In this document: positions 33,764-42,539 of the stretch, one piece after another
Numbering within the stretch: position 1 is the stretch's first letter
How the letters are laid out: every line of letters starts with the position of its first letter
IMG/VR virus record: IMGVR_UViG_3300025101_000028
Coordinates: 1-61,787 of that record
DNA from: a virus
Taxonomy: Duplodnaviria > Caudoviricetes
DNA: 61,787 nucleotides
Strand: one strand, 5' to 3'
Position numbers and translations under genes: made by a program
Notes under the pieces: model-generated
The model's database searches: none
Seen by the model: only the letters and a program-made list of their open reading frames with translations
Told to the model about the DNA's origin: nothing

Positions 33764-34328
33764 TTTTTAGCTCCTCCAATAGTTTAGTTAAATTACTAAT
33801 AGTTGTTACATACAATTTTTTTTCTTGTACAAATTCTCTTATCATGTTGTAGTATATGTGTTGCTTATATTCTTCTTTATTTTTATATATGCCCACAATA
33901 GAACTGCATTCATCAAATGATAACAACTCGTGTTCACCACAAAGTACTAAGATGCAAGCTTTATCATAGTGTTGTAGTTTTGGAAACCAGCCCCAAAGCT
34001 TTTCATTTGCTGTGCCCGACGAATAAAACTGGTAGTTTTTGCACTCTATATACATGTCCAATTCAGGGATATACCCATCCGTATCAAAGTATTGTTTAAT
34101 AACAGTGGATGGCAAGTTTCCTATTCTTTTGCCTTTTGTGTATTTTGGAAATATTGGCTTTATCGTTTCTCTGCACAGTGTTTCTGCGAATTTGCCAGAT
34201 TTGATACCAAATTGTTCCATAATAAGTTTAGCATTTTCTTTGTTCTTTTTTCCTCTTTCTTTGGTGGAGAGGTTAGGATTGTCTAACCTATATCTTTTCA
34301 TTTTATTATAAGCATTAATTATTTTCAT
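33756..34328 (-). CDS. PD-(D/E)XK nuclease, putative restriction endonuclease
   Basis: GKFAE, DTDG...YIECK, SSGTANEK; coupled to dam. Confidence 0.7.
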   Translation of the reverse strand: MKIINAYNKMKRYRLDNPNLSTKERGKKNKENAKLIMEQFGIKSGKFAETLCRETIKPIFPKYTKGKRIGNLPSTVIKQYFDTDGYIPELDMYIECKNYQFYSSGTANEKLWGWFPKLQHYDKACILVLCGEHELLSFDECSSIVGIYKNKEEYKQHIYYNMIREFVQEKKLYVTTISNLTKLLEELKND

Positions 34329-34855
34329 TTTTCCTCCAATAGTTTTTTGTTAATAAATAATATTTTTCTATACTCTTTGTGTACTGGTTCGGTGATAAAG
34401 TCTCTTATATCTAACTTTACTTTAGCTTGTTGTGTAGGGTATTTAATTTTTTGCTCATAGCAAGTTTTAAAATTTTCTTTAGTCCATCCTAAAACACTAT
34501 ATTTAGCGTTATTTAAGAGTAAGTGTATCATAGTTCCTAGTTTCATAGTTGCAATATATAGTATTTCACCAGTTGGTATTTTATCAGTTTTACCTTTGCT
34601 TGTTACAACAAACACCATATCAATGTTCTTATCTTCTTGAGTAAGATTATGATACTTACCAATATCAAACCACTGTGTGTTTCCTTGTTTTTTAAATTCT
34701 AACTTTCTTTTGCCTTGTAAAAAGTCATACAAAGGCTTGCTTTCAGGTTTACACTCTAAACCTTCAACTGTGAACACTTTCTTTAGAAGGTATTCTTTAC
34801 CACCTTTTCCGGATAAGTTAGCAAGATTAGCTTGCTTTTCATTAATTTCAATCAT
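34325..34855 (-). CDS. putative PD-(D/E)XK nuclease
   Basis: GKGGKE...YD...LEFKKQ pattern. Confidence 0.5.
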   Translation of the reverse strand: MIEINEKQANLANLSGKGGKEYLLKKVFTVEGLECKPESKPLYDFLQGKRKLEFKKQGNTQWFDIGKYHNLTQEDKNIDMVFVVTSKGKTDKIPTGEILYIATMKLGTMIHLLLNNAKYSVLGWTKENFKTCYEQKIKYPTQQAKVKLDIRDFITEPVHKEYRKILFINKKLLEEK

Positions 34856-34887
34856 ATTTCCTCCAATTGTTTTATATATTGTAACAT

Positions 34888-34914
34888 AAAACCACTTGTT
34901 TGTCAAGTGGTTTT
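34888..34914. terminator. terminator hairpin containing a -35
   Basis: AAAACCACTTG-TTTGT-CAAGTGGTTTT, near-copy of 32916-32942. Confidence 0.75.
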
Positions 34915-34921
34915 TGTTAAT

Positions 34922-35854
34922 TTATTGTTCTTGCATTAGTTCACGCATTTTGAATAATGCAAGCTCTTTGTGTTTTGCTTCAAGCATAATGTCCATTGGT
35001 AGACCATAAGTATTGATGGCACGGACATAAGAATCTGAATGTGCTTGTGGTTTTATTTTAGGGTCATTGTGTTCATCAGATCTTGATTCAGAGTAGTGGA
35101 CCACAGGACGCACATCCACAGGCCAAGTAGCAAAAGCCATGTCGAGGGCTTCTCTTTCGGAGAGTCCTCCAGAGTGCAAATCGTGATGATGATAGTCGAA
35201 CACCACAGGGATATCAATACGTTTATAGATATCATTGTATAACTCCTCTGTGGTGTACAACGATGGTTTATCATCGTTTTCGACTGTTAGTCTTGTTCTG
35301 ACGGCTTCTGATAATCTTTGAAAATTCTTGCAAAAGTTATCAAGGGCCATAGGTTTATCATCATAAGCAGCTCCTACATGGATGTTAATTTTAGCATAAG
35401 GTGTTCTAGGTAGACACATTAGGTCAAAGATCTCACCATGAATCTCCAAGTCCCTAATAGTATTTAGTATTACAGATTCTTTTGGACTGGTCAACTTGTT
35501 GAAAGGTCCGGGGTGAGTTGTGACACGGATGTTGTTTTCCGCAGCGAATAAACCAACTTCATATAGAGCTTCAGCAATTGCATCATAGTCTGGTAATTCG
35601 GTTAGTTGATATTCAGAAGCCCAAGGAATGAGATCCGAGGACATTCTGTAGAAGTGAATATTGTTTTCCTTGTTCCACTTCATAATTGTAAGCAAATCTT
35701 TTGAGTTAAGAAGTGCAAGTTCGGAAGCATAAGGCAAACCTTTCTCTTTGAATGTTCGCTTGATCATGCTTCGGTTGGTGGTTATGCGTTGCTTCTTTGG
35801 TCTCTCCGAGAAACCTTTGTTAATGCATGCGTAACCCAAGTTGTAATTAGTCAT
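34922..35854 (-). CDS. uvsE: UV damage endonuclease
   Basis: LGYACIN, FYRMSS, HPGPF, NIHVG, LTVENDD, FDYHH, HYSES, AHSD, MLEAK. Confidence 0.95.
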   Translation of the reverse strand: MTNYNLGYACINKGFSERPKKQRITTNRSMIKRTFKEKGLPYASELALLNSKDLLTIMKWNKENNIHFYRMSSDLIPWASEYQLTELPDYDAIAEALYEVGLFAAENNIRVTTHPGPFNKLTSPKESVILNTIRDLEIHGEIFDLMCLPRTPYAKINIHVGAAYDDKPMALDNFCKNFQRLSEAVRTRLTVENDDKPSLYTTEELYNDIYKRIDIPVVFDYHHHDLHSGGLSEREALDMAFATWPVDVRPVVHYSESRSDEHNDPKIKPQAHSDSYVRAINTYGLPMDIMLEAKHKELALFKMRELMQEQ

Positions 35855-35928
35855 AAATCCTCCGTTATTTATTGATGTTAATAACATAACACGCTTCGAA
35901 AGATTTGTCAAGTATTTTTATTTAATAT

Positions 35929-36480
35929 TTATTTAATTCCGAAACCAGCTTTTGGAAAAACCTTTTTTACTTCTTCATCTGGGTCGAATACACCATGTCT
36001 TACATATTCATTTTGAAGAATAGTTTCATGACTTTTCATAATTTTCTCTCTGGTGTCATAACGATTAAGACCTCTCTCTCGAGCAAAATCATAAATCTCA
36101 CCTATGTCTGGTTCTTCTAAAAACGATGATCCTCTGCCGTCCATAAGAAATTCATAGTGAAGATCATACTCAGGACTATCAAAGTGTTTTCTCATTGGGC
36201 CGTCAATATCAAGTGTTTGCATATTGGCTGGGTTAGCCTCTATATCAAGAGGTTCACCTATAGAATCAGCTAATTCTATTGCTTGACTAAGACCGCCCGG
36301 TGATGAACCGATTGTGGTAAGCTTATCATGAAATTCTGGTCGGTTTATTGGTTGGTCTTCATCACCAAATGCTCTTACAAGCCCAATAGGATACTCTCTT
36401 CGTTTGTCAAAGACTCTTTGGTTCATACTTTTGTATTCTTCCATTATTAATTGTTCAAGTTTTTGCTTTGTTAATTTCAT
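35929..36480 (-). CDS. leader-family protein (paralog of 36482-37060)
   Basis: MKLTKQKLEQLIMEEYKSM start. Confidence 0.8.
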   Translation of the reverse strand: MKLTKQKLEQLIMEEYKSMNQRVFDKRREYPIGLVRAFGDEDQPINRPEFHDKLTTIGSSPGGLSQAIELADSIGEPLDIEANPANMQTLDIDGPMRKHFDSPEYDLHYEFLMDGRGSSFLEEPDIGEIYDFARERGLNRYDTREKIMKSHETILQNEYVRHGVFDPDEEVKKVFPKAGFGIK

Positions 36481-36481
36481 T

Positions 36482-37060
36482 TTATTCTCCGTATTTTTCT
36501 TTATATGTTCGTAGATCAGCACCAAATTGTTTTTCTAGTTGTTTTTTAAATTCTTTATTTCTCACATAGTCTGATTTTGGTGCGTTTACGTTCATGCCCA
36601 TCATCAATTTTCTATAATTGCCCATAATTTTGTCATATGTTTCTTGAGGATCAAGTCCTTTTCTTTCTGCAAACTCAGCCACTTCTCCGATATCTGGTTC
36701 TTCTTCAAATGCACTTGCACCTCCATCCAAAATAAAATCGAAATGAAGCATGTGGTTATCATCAAACTCCTGATCTATGTTTCGTTTGTGTGGTTGTATT
36801 GTTTTCATGTTATTTGGGTCAACCTTTATATCAAGAGGTTCATCCATAGAATCAGCTAAACTTTTTGCTTGATTGAAATCATCACCGGCAAGGGTTGTTA
36901 GTCTGTCATGATATTCTGGTCGGTTTATTGGTTGGTCTTCATCACCAAATGCTCTTACAAGTCCATCTGGATGTTGTTTTCGTTTATCAAAGATTCTTCG
37001 GTTCATACTTTTGTATTCTTCCATTATTAATTGTTCTAGTTTTTGTTTTGTAAGCTTCAT
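36482..37060 (-). CDS. leader-family protein (paralog of 35929-36480)
   Basis: identical first 20 aa and shared GLVRAFGDEDQPINRPE. Confidence 0.8.
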   Translation of the reverse strand: MKLTKQKLEQLIMEEYKSMNRRIFDKRKQHPDGLVRAFGDEDQPINRPEYHDRLTTLAGDDFNQAKSLADSMDEPLDIKVDPNNMKTIQPHKRNIDQEFDDNHMLHFDFILDGGASAFEEEPDIGEVAEFAERKGLDPQETYDKIMGNYRKLMMGMNVNAPKSDYVRNKEFKKQLEKQFGADLRTYKEKYGE

Positions 37061-37548
37061 TCTTCATACTCCTTAATGTTAATAAGTAGTTTGATAACAG
37101 CTTGTTCAATCTCTCTAGCTGTGATTTCTGGTTTCTTTTTTATTAAAATTGGTGGTTTTTCAATCTCCGTCTTAAATGGTGCGATTGTGCCACGCTCAAC
37201 CTTGGTACCTTTAACTGTTGTTTTTTGTGGAATCTTTTCAATTTTATATCTTTTGTGGATAATTGTCTGTGATACAATCCTAGACTTATCATCATAAAGA
37301 AATATATTGACTTGATAAGTATCTTCTCCTTCGAACACAATTGTGTCGAGGTACCAATAGCCTTTCATCATGGCACACTCTCGATTACCCATGCCTTCAC
37401 AATCAGCCCAATTAATAACCAGCATGTCTTTTTTTCTTGCGTGAAAATCTTTGTCAATAAAAAAATGAACCACAGTTGTTTCCAATTGTGTTTCCATTGG
37501 AGCATAAACTGTAGTGCCAAAAGCCAAATTAAATAAAAACAATAACAT
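37057..37548 (-). CDS. putative secreted protein
   Basis: short signal MLLFLFNLAFG. Confidence 0.7.
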   Translation of the reverse strand: MLLFLFNLAFGTTVYAPMETQLETTVVHFFIDKDFHARKKDMLVINWADCEGMGNRECAMMKGYWYLDTIVFEGEDTYQVNIFLYDDKSRIVSQTIIHKRYKIEKIPQKTTVKGTKVERGTIAPFKTEIEKPPILIKKKPEITAREIEQAVIKLLINIKEYEE

Positions 37549-37556
37549 AGCTCTCC

Positions 37557-37853
37557 TTAAAACTCTAATTTCATTTTACTTAGCTTAGAAATTAAAATTT
37601 CTTTTTCTGCTTTGTACATGTCTATACTTTGCTTGTGTCTTAATATATTTTTTTCAATGTTCTTGCAAACAAAATTTTTAGACCCTAATCGTATTCCTTG
37701 TTCTAACATGTTGTTTTCTAATTCATGAATGTATTCTTTGGAATTACTTATTCTTCTATCTAATTCTTGAATTTCATTTAAGCAATTGTTATACTCCCAT
37801 TGTGGCGTAACACCACTGTTATCACAAACCTTTTTCCATAAACTGTTAATCAT
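37557..37853 (-). CDS. hypothetical coiled-coil protein
   Basis: ORF with RBS. Confidence 0.65.
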   Translation of the reverse strand: MINSLWKKVCDNSGVTPQWEYNNCLNEIQELDRRISNSKEYIHELENNMLEQGIRLGSKNFVCKNIEKNILRHKQSIDMYKAEKEILISKLSKMKLEF

Positions 37854-38175
37854 TACTAACTCTCCTTAAATTCTGTTCGGTAATATACCTATATTTGTTA
37901 TTTTTTTTTGAAATCAATAGCTTGTATTCAATTATGTAATATTGTTCTCTTTCATCAACAGGGTAGTCAACACCATAGTCTTTACATTGATAAAACATAA
38001 CTTCACAAACCAAACCATAGTCCCCTTTCATCTTATACGAAGCAGGGCCATCTTCTGATTTAAAACAAATTTCGACCAAATCTCCAACTTGGAACTTAGG
38101 TCTTCTGTTTTTCGGAAGCTTGTCAACTTTTATTTGGTGAAAGTATTGTTCGACGTCTCCATCCCCCTCTACCAT
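37846..38175 (-). CDS. SH3/KOW-like protein
   Basis: PKFQVGDLVEI...YGLV. Confidence 0.7.
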   Translation of the reverse strand: MVEGDGDVEQYFHQIKVDKLPKNRRPKFQVGDLVEICFKSEDGPASYKMKGDYGLVCEVMFYQCKDYGVDYPVDEREQYYIIEYKLLISKKNNKYRYITEQNLRRVSND

Positions 38176-38509
38176 ACATTTTATCTAATTTGGTTTTTGT
38201 TTGTTGTGCCATATTAGACGCAGTATTGATAATTTCATCTAGATAAGGGTCTTTACCCCCATCATAATAAATAGTAAGGAAACCCCATTTCATCTTTACT
38301 TGAACGATGTATCTTCGTTCTTCTATTCCTAGTTGTCTATTTCTGTCAAGAAATGCTTTTGTAACAAAAGCCATAATTTCATCATAATGGCTCTCGGGTG
38401 AATAATCATAGCAATTTCTATAGAGACTGATACATTCTAATTCGTATTCACTGTCTATGTGATGGCACATCTTCTCAGTCCACACATAATCGTTTTTATA
38501 TTTATTCAC
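38123..38509 (-). CDS. conserved-type phage hypothetical protein
   Basis: VQVKMKWGFLTIYY resembles the common QxKEKxGxLRxY phage motif. Confidence 0.7.
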   Translation of the reverse strand: MNKYKNDYVWTEKMCHHIDSEYELECISLYRNCYDYSPESHYDEIMAFVTKAFLDRNRQLGIEERRYIVQVKMKWGFLTIYYDGGKDPYLDEIINTASNMAQQTKTKLDKMYGRGGWRRRTILSPNKS

Positions 38510-38946
38510 TTTTTCTCCAATTTTTTAAGTTCATTAAACGTTACAAGATGATTTTCAAAACCATCTGTTATTTCATAGTCGTGATAAGAGCAATCTAGGG
38601 GATCACTCGAAAGCACCTCTTTGATAAGCCAAGGTTTATCAAAGTCACAAACACCCCAAAAAGGGTGCCAATTAACCAAGTCTCCAATTTTATAAATAGA
38701 CCTATCTACGATAGTAGACGGATAATGTTTCTGGTATCCGTTTGATACACCAGTCCCAAGTGAATTATAAACACTGTCAAATGCTGGTAATCGCAAATCA
38801 TCGAGGGTGGGGATATTATTACTGCTAGACAGTCCGTTGACCAGTGTCTTATATACACTAGTGTTCCAAGTTTTAAACAGTTCATTTAATCCCCAATCAC
38901 AATCACAAGGGTCACATTCACAATATGGACACTTGCTACTAGCCAC
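38506..38946 (-). CDS. Cys-rich N-terminus + C-terminal SH3-like domain
   Basis: CPYCECDPCDCDWG; YKIGDLVNW; GTG start inferred. Confidence 0.6.
   Translation of the reverse strand: MASSKCPYCECDPCDCDWGLNELFKTWNTSVYKTLVNGLSSSNNIPTLDDLRLPAFDSVYNSLGTGVSNGYQKHYPSTIVDRSIYKIGDLVNWHPFWGVCDFDKPWLIKEVLSSDPLDCSYHDYEITDGFENHLVTFNELKKLEKK
38706..38885 (-). CDS. nested out-of-frame SH3-like ORF, 59 aa
   Basis: MNCLKLGTLVYIRHWSTDCLAVII...LTVFII. Confidence 0.45.
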   Translation of the reverse strand: MNCLKLGTLVYIRHWSTDCLAVIISPPSMICDYQHLTVFIIHLGLVYQTDTRNIIRLLS

Positions 38947-39001
38947 AACATTCACATGAGCAGCACTTCTCACAATAATTACATTTTTCACAATTTTTCA
39001 T
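38939..39001 (-). CDS. 20-aa Cys-rich metallothionein-like peptide
   Basis: MKNCEKCNYCEKCCSCECCG; AGGAG RBS. Confidence 0.5.
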   Translation of the reverse strand: MKNCEKCNYCEKCCSCECCG

Positions 39002-39002
39002 T

Positions 39003-39320
39003 TTATTCTCCTTTTTGAATGAATTTTTTTGCATAATGGAGAACTTCCTTCTCCAACCTTTCTTGATTTTTTTCAAGTTGCTTCAATCTGTCTTCCATTA
39101 ATTTAAATTGAACTTGACGGTCAACAGAAGCTGAGCCGTTTTGGTTGTCCATGTGAGCAACAATTTTTTCTAACGATTTGTTAGCATCGTCCATCTTGTA
39201 TTCCAAGGCTCCAAGTCTCATTTCTGAGTCCCAAATCCACACAAAACAAGGCACAATAATGATAGATAATAATACAGTAAAGCCTTTCCACGCATAATCT
39301 GCGATTTTTGTTTTTTCCAT
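39003..39320 (-). CDS. membrane-anchored coiled-coil protein
   Basis: GGAGG RBS before MEKTK; TM helix then heptads. Confidence 0.7.
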   Translation of the reverse strand: MEKTKIADYAWKGFTVLLSIIIVPCFVWIWDSEMRLGALEYKMDDANKSLEKIVAHMDNQNGSASVDRQVQFKLMEDRLKQLEKNQERLEKEVLHYAKKFIQKGE

Positions 39321-39354
39321 GACATAATTCCTCCCTAGTCTGGTTAATAAATAG

Positions 39355-40254
39355 TTACTCGATGTGCCCAGTGCCCACCACTTCCCAAATTTGTAAAGTC
39401 TCCATATAGGAGTTGTTGATACTAGTCTCGACAATATCAGTTTCAAAGCGCTCAATGTGTATTGCGACCAATGACCATGTGGGATAATTAAGATATTGAG
39501 CAGGAATAAACATTGCACCATTGTCTGGTCCAAAGCAAGATACTTGACCCAACAAAGATGATCCATCGGATGAATAAATGCCTAAAGTTATCATCATTCT
39601 GCTGCTTTGCCGAGCAGGTGCCCAAGTTACAGTAAATCCTGTTCTTCGAACAGCGGCTTCAAAAGCATAAGAAGGGTCAACCCAAAGCATTGTGTAAGGC
39701 TCAATATAATCAAACCCCTCAACGGTTGTGAATTGGAACGAGCCTTCACTTGTTTGCACCATGTAATTCGTGTTTCTTTGTAAATGAGACTCCCAAATGC
39801 TTTGAGAGACATAAACACCCGCTCCGCTTTGATAAGCGTCAAATTGGTGATTTTGGCTCGTTATTTGAACAGTTTGTCCAACCTGTATTGGTTGTGTAGA
39901 TGGCACACCTTGATATAAAAACTGTGTGCATTCACCATCAGCTAACATCCAAGAATTCCATGAATCTGAAATGGGTTGGTGCACTTGTAGTTCATACTCA
40001 ACAGTTAGTTCTTGAGTCTCTCCCATACAGGCAGGGCATGCAACTTGTCGAAGATACATTGTTGATAACCCTGTAACTCCTGATCTGTCTTGTTCGGCGA
40101 CTTGATCGGTATCTTGTTCGGTTGATGGTTGACCAACGATAGCAACGGGTTGTCCTGGTTCGCCAACACCAATTGACTGTCCTGTTTCTTCTTCTAGTCT
40201 TTTTATAATTGACACATCTGAATCGCATGCCCACAATAGTAATGATAATAACAT
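39355..40254 (-). CDS. putative lipoprotein
   Basis: MLLSLLLWAC lipobox. Confidence 0.75.
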   Translation of the reverse strand: MLLSLLLWACDSDVSIIKRLEEETGQSIGVGEPGQPVAIVGQPSTEQDTDQVAEQDRSGVTGLSTMYLRQVACPACMGETQELTVEYELQVHQPISDSWNSWMLADGECTQFLYQGVPSTQPIQVGQTVQITSQNHQFDAYQSGAGVYVSQSIWESHLQRNTNYMVQTSEGSFQFTTVEGFDYIEPYTMLWVDPSYAFEAAVRRTGFTVTWAPARQSSRMMITLGIYSSDGSSLLGQVSCFGPDNGAMFIPAQYLNYPTWSLVAIHIERFETDIVETSINNSYMETLQIWEVVGTGHIE

Positions 40255-40865
40255 TATAACTCCAAATTAAATAATTGTTTTAAAAATTGTTTTACAAGGT
40301 TTTCCTTGCACTGTTCTGTTTCGCACTCATGAAGTTTCCAAGAATAAGTTTCTTTGTTGTCCTTGATGGTTTTTCTTAATCTTTTAGCCTCTTCTTTCAT
40401 AACGGGTAGCACTTCTGACAAATCTTGTGGCATAATGCCATATTGTTCAGCAATTTGTAGTAGCATAGCCCAGTCTCCACTTTCAAAGGCCGCCGATGCA
40501 GCTTTGAAATCTAATGTGGTGCCTTTATGTTTATCTGGGTGAGTCGCTAAAGCAACTTGTTTAAATAATTTTTGAAATTTTTGTTTTTCTTGTGCTTGCT
40601 CTTCTTTGTTCAATACTAAAATACCGGCTTCATCAAATTCCAAATCTGGAAAAATTGGCTGTGATATAAATTTTGAAACACGACTTTCGTGTTTTTGATT
40701 TAGTTCTGTTAAATCGATATCGTTATTTTGGCACCATTCTCTGTGCCAGATCTCAAAATCTTGATGCGCTATGCTCAAAACTTCTTCTTGATATGATAAC
40801 TCTGATCTTAAAAACTTTAGTTCCATAATGTGCTTTTTGTACCTTTTTATTTTTATACTATTCAT
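40254..40865 (-). CDS. J-domain (DnaJ-like) protein; start uncertain
   Basis: FKQVALATHPDK...FKAASAAF. Confidence 0.8.
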   Translation of the reverse strand: MNSIKIKRYKKHIMELKFLRSELSYQEEVLSIAHQDFEIWHREWCQNNDIDLTELNQKHESRVSKFISQPIFPDLEFDEAGILVLNKEEQAQEKQKFQKLFKQVALATHPDKHKGTTLDFKAASAAFESGDWAMLLQIAEQYGIMPQDLSEVLPVMKEEAKRLRKTIKDNKETYSWKLHECETEQCKENLVKQFLKQLFNLEL

Positions 40866-40875
40866 TATAACACAT

Positions 40876-41778
40876 TTAATCCATTCTGTCAAGTGCGATT
40901 GATCCAAATTCTTTAAACTTCATTAACCATTCCGGTGGTCTGGTTGTTTTTAAAGCTAAATCAGAACATAAATAGTTTCTATATTTCTCCCAAGAAGATA
41001 AATCATAAAATTCATCAATATCTATTTGATTTTCTGCTTCTAAATCCACAAAAACACTTTCTAAGTCAAACCAACGTGCTGAATATCTTTCTTCAATTGG
41101 TAGTTTTTTGTTTGGTAAACCACGGTGGTCTACCTCGTTTGCAAAATGCCCTGTTCCTTTGCGGATTTGTTTTCGGAACCTCACAAATTCATCTTTACCA
41201 AAAGAAAAGCTAGTATGAACACCTTGCTCCGGTGATTGCCCTTTATGTGTGATAAGAAAATTTTTGGTGGAGGAAATTTTTAGGCGGTGCTCTCGTAACA
41301 ACTGGGGGTCAAAGTATCCATAAGGAAACGACACCCAATACTTGTTTGGATAAATCCACTTTGATACTGTAGCTGACACTTTAAATGCTGACAATGCTCC
41401 TTCAATGACCGACCAAGATAAACAATCTCTTCTGAATCTGTTCTTTGGGTGCACTGGTACATAAAAAATAGGAATTCTTTTTTGTTTTGCTGTTGGTTGT
41501 GGGTCTTTTGACCTCCATGCCCAAACAGGATCTTGTACAAAATCACCAATACGATGTCTCACTAGTGGTGCTGTGTCTTCATACAAACAAACCCATATAG
41601 TCTCACAACCTGCCCAAGCACATTCCATAATAGCTGCTTCAATCATTGTGTAGTTAGGAGCTATAGGCATCATGAAATCAGGCCATTCCATGCCAAAGTC
41701 AAGAGGCTGTCCACCACAAGGAACTATTCCTGCAAGGTGGAAAGATGCACCATTAACATTTTTTGTGTCAAATTCCAT
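40876..41778 (-). CDS. divergent sugar-nucleotidyltransferase-fold protein
   Basis: AGIVPCGG...PDFMMPI...IEAAIMECAWAGCETIWV. Confidence 0.6.
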   Translation of the reverse strand: MEFDTKNVNGASFHLAGIVPCGGQPLDFGMEWPDFMMPIAPNYTMIEAAIMECAWAGCETIWVCLYEDTAPLVRHRIGDFVQDPVWAWRSKDPQPTAKQKRIPIFYVPVHPKNRFRRDCLSWSVIEGALSAFKVSATVSKWIYPNKYWVSFPYGYFDPQLLREHRLKISSTKNFLITHKGQSPEQGVHTSFSFGKDEFVRFRKQIRKGTGHFANEVDHRGLPNKKLPIEERYSARWFDLESVFVDLEAENQIDIDEFYDLSSWEKYRNYLCSDLALKTTRPPEWLMKFKEFGSIALDRMD

Positions 41779-42539
41779 AAATTTGTTCCTTTTTTATCAT
41801 TCCATGACAAGATTTCTTCAATTGATAATTGGTTGTTTTGTTCCTCAAACACTTCTCGATACATATGCTCAATTGATATGGCGTAATGAAGTGTTACACC
41901 TTTTCTATTGTAGCCGTTAGCTCTACCTCTTATGCCCACTTGCTTCATTGTTTGAAGTGTCTTCATTCTTGAGTAGGCTGGTGACCACTCAATATTATTA
42001 AGAAGCCCTTTTTCAACTCTGGAAACGGCACACACATCCTTAACATCAGATCTAGTTCGAGGTCTTGTTGACCGGTGGAATAGGAGAAGGTGACATAGGT
42101 CTTCATCTGGGCTTGGTATTATTTCCCAATCATGTCGCGTACCTGAGTGCACTGCAAACCAATCACAAACCATGAGATAATCTTTAGTTTCTCTGTCAAA
42201 TTCAATAAGTTTGTTGTACTTCACAATCATCTTTTTATTGTCCAGACCAATTATATTGATATGATCTTCGTCTAATCGAAAAGATTGGATGTTGTTGGGA
42301 AACAAGATTAACCCTGCCATTGCTAATAGAAACGAAAGACGATCCCAAGCTTGTGATTTTTTATGTTCGCCACCTTTTTTAAAACCAATAAAAGACAGGT
42401 CCCAATGAGAGGGAACTTTATCAAGAACAAATGGTACGTGTGCGACATCTATTAAGATTGGCAAGTTTTTTTTGTATGCATACAATAAGGCAGTCAACGA
42501 GCCACCAAGAACTAATTCATCAAAATTAAACTCGTTCAC
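41724..42539 (-). CDS. protein with N-terminal Rossmann-like dinucleotide-binding motif
   Basis: FDELVLGGSLTALLYA. Confidence 0.55.
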   Translation of the reverse strand: MNEFNFDELVLGGSLTALLYAYKKNLPILIDVAHVPFVLDKVPSHWDLSFIGFKKGGEHKKSQAWDRLSFLLAMAGLILFPNNIQSFRLDEDHINIIGLDNKKMIVKYNKLIEFDRETKDYLMVCDWFAVHSGTRHDWEIIPSPDEDLCHLLLFHRSTRPRTRSDVKDVCAVSRVEKGLLNNIEWSPAYSRMKTLQTMKQVGIRGRANGYNRKGVTLHYAISIEHMYREVFEEQNNQLSIEEILSWNDKKGTNLWNLTQKMLMVHLSTLQE

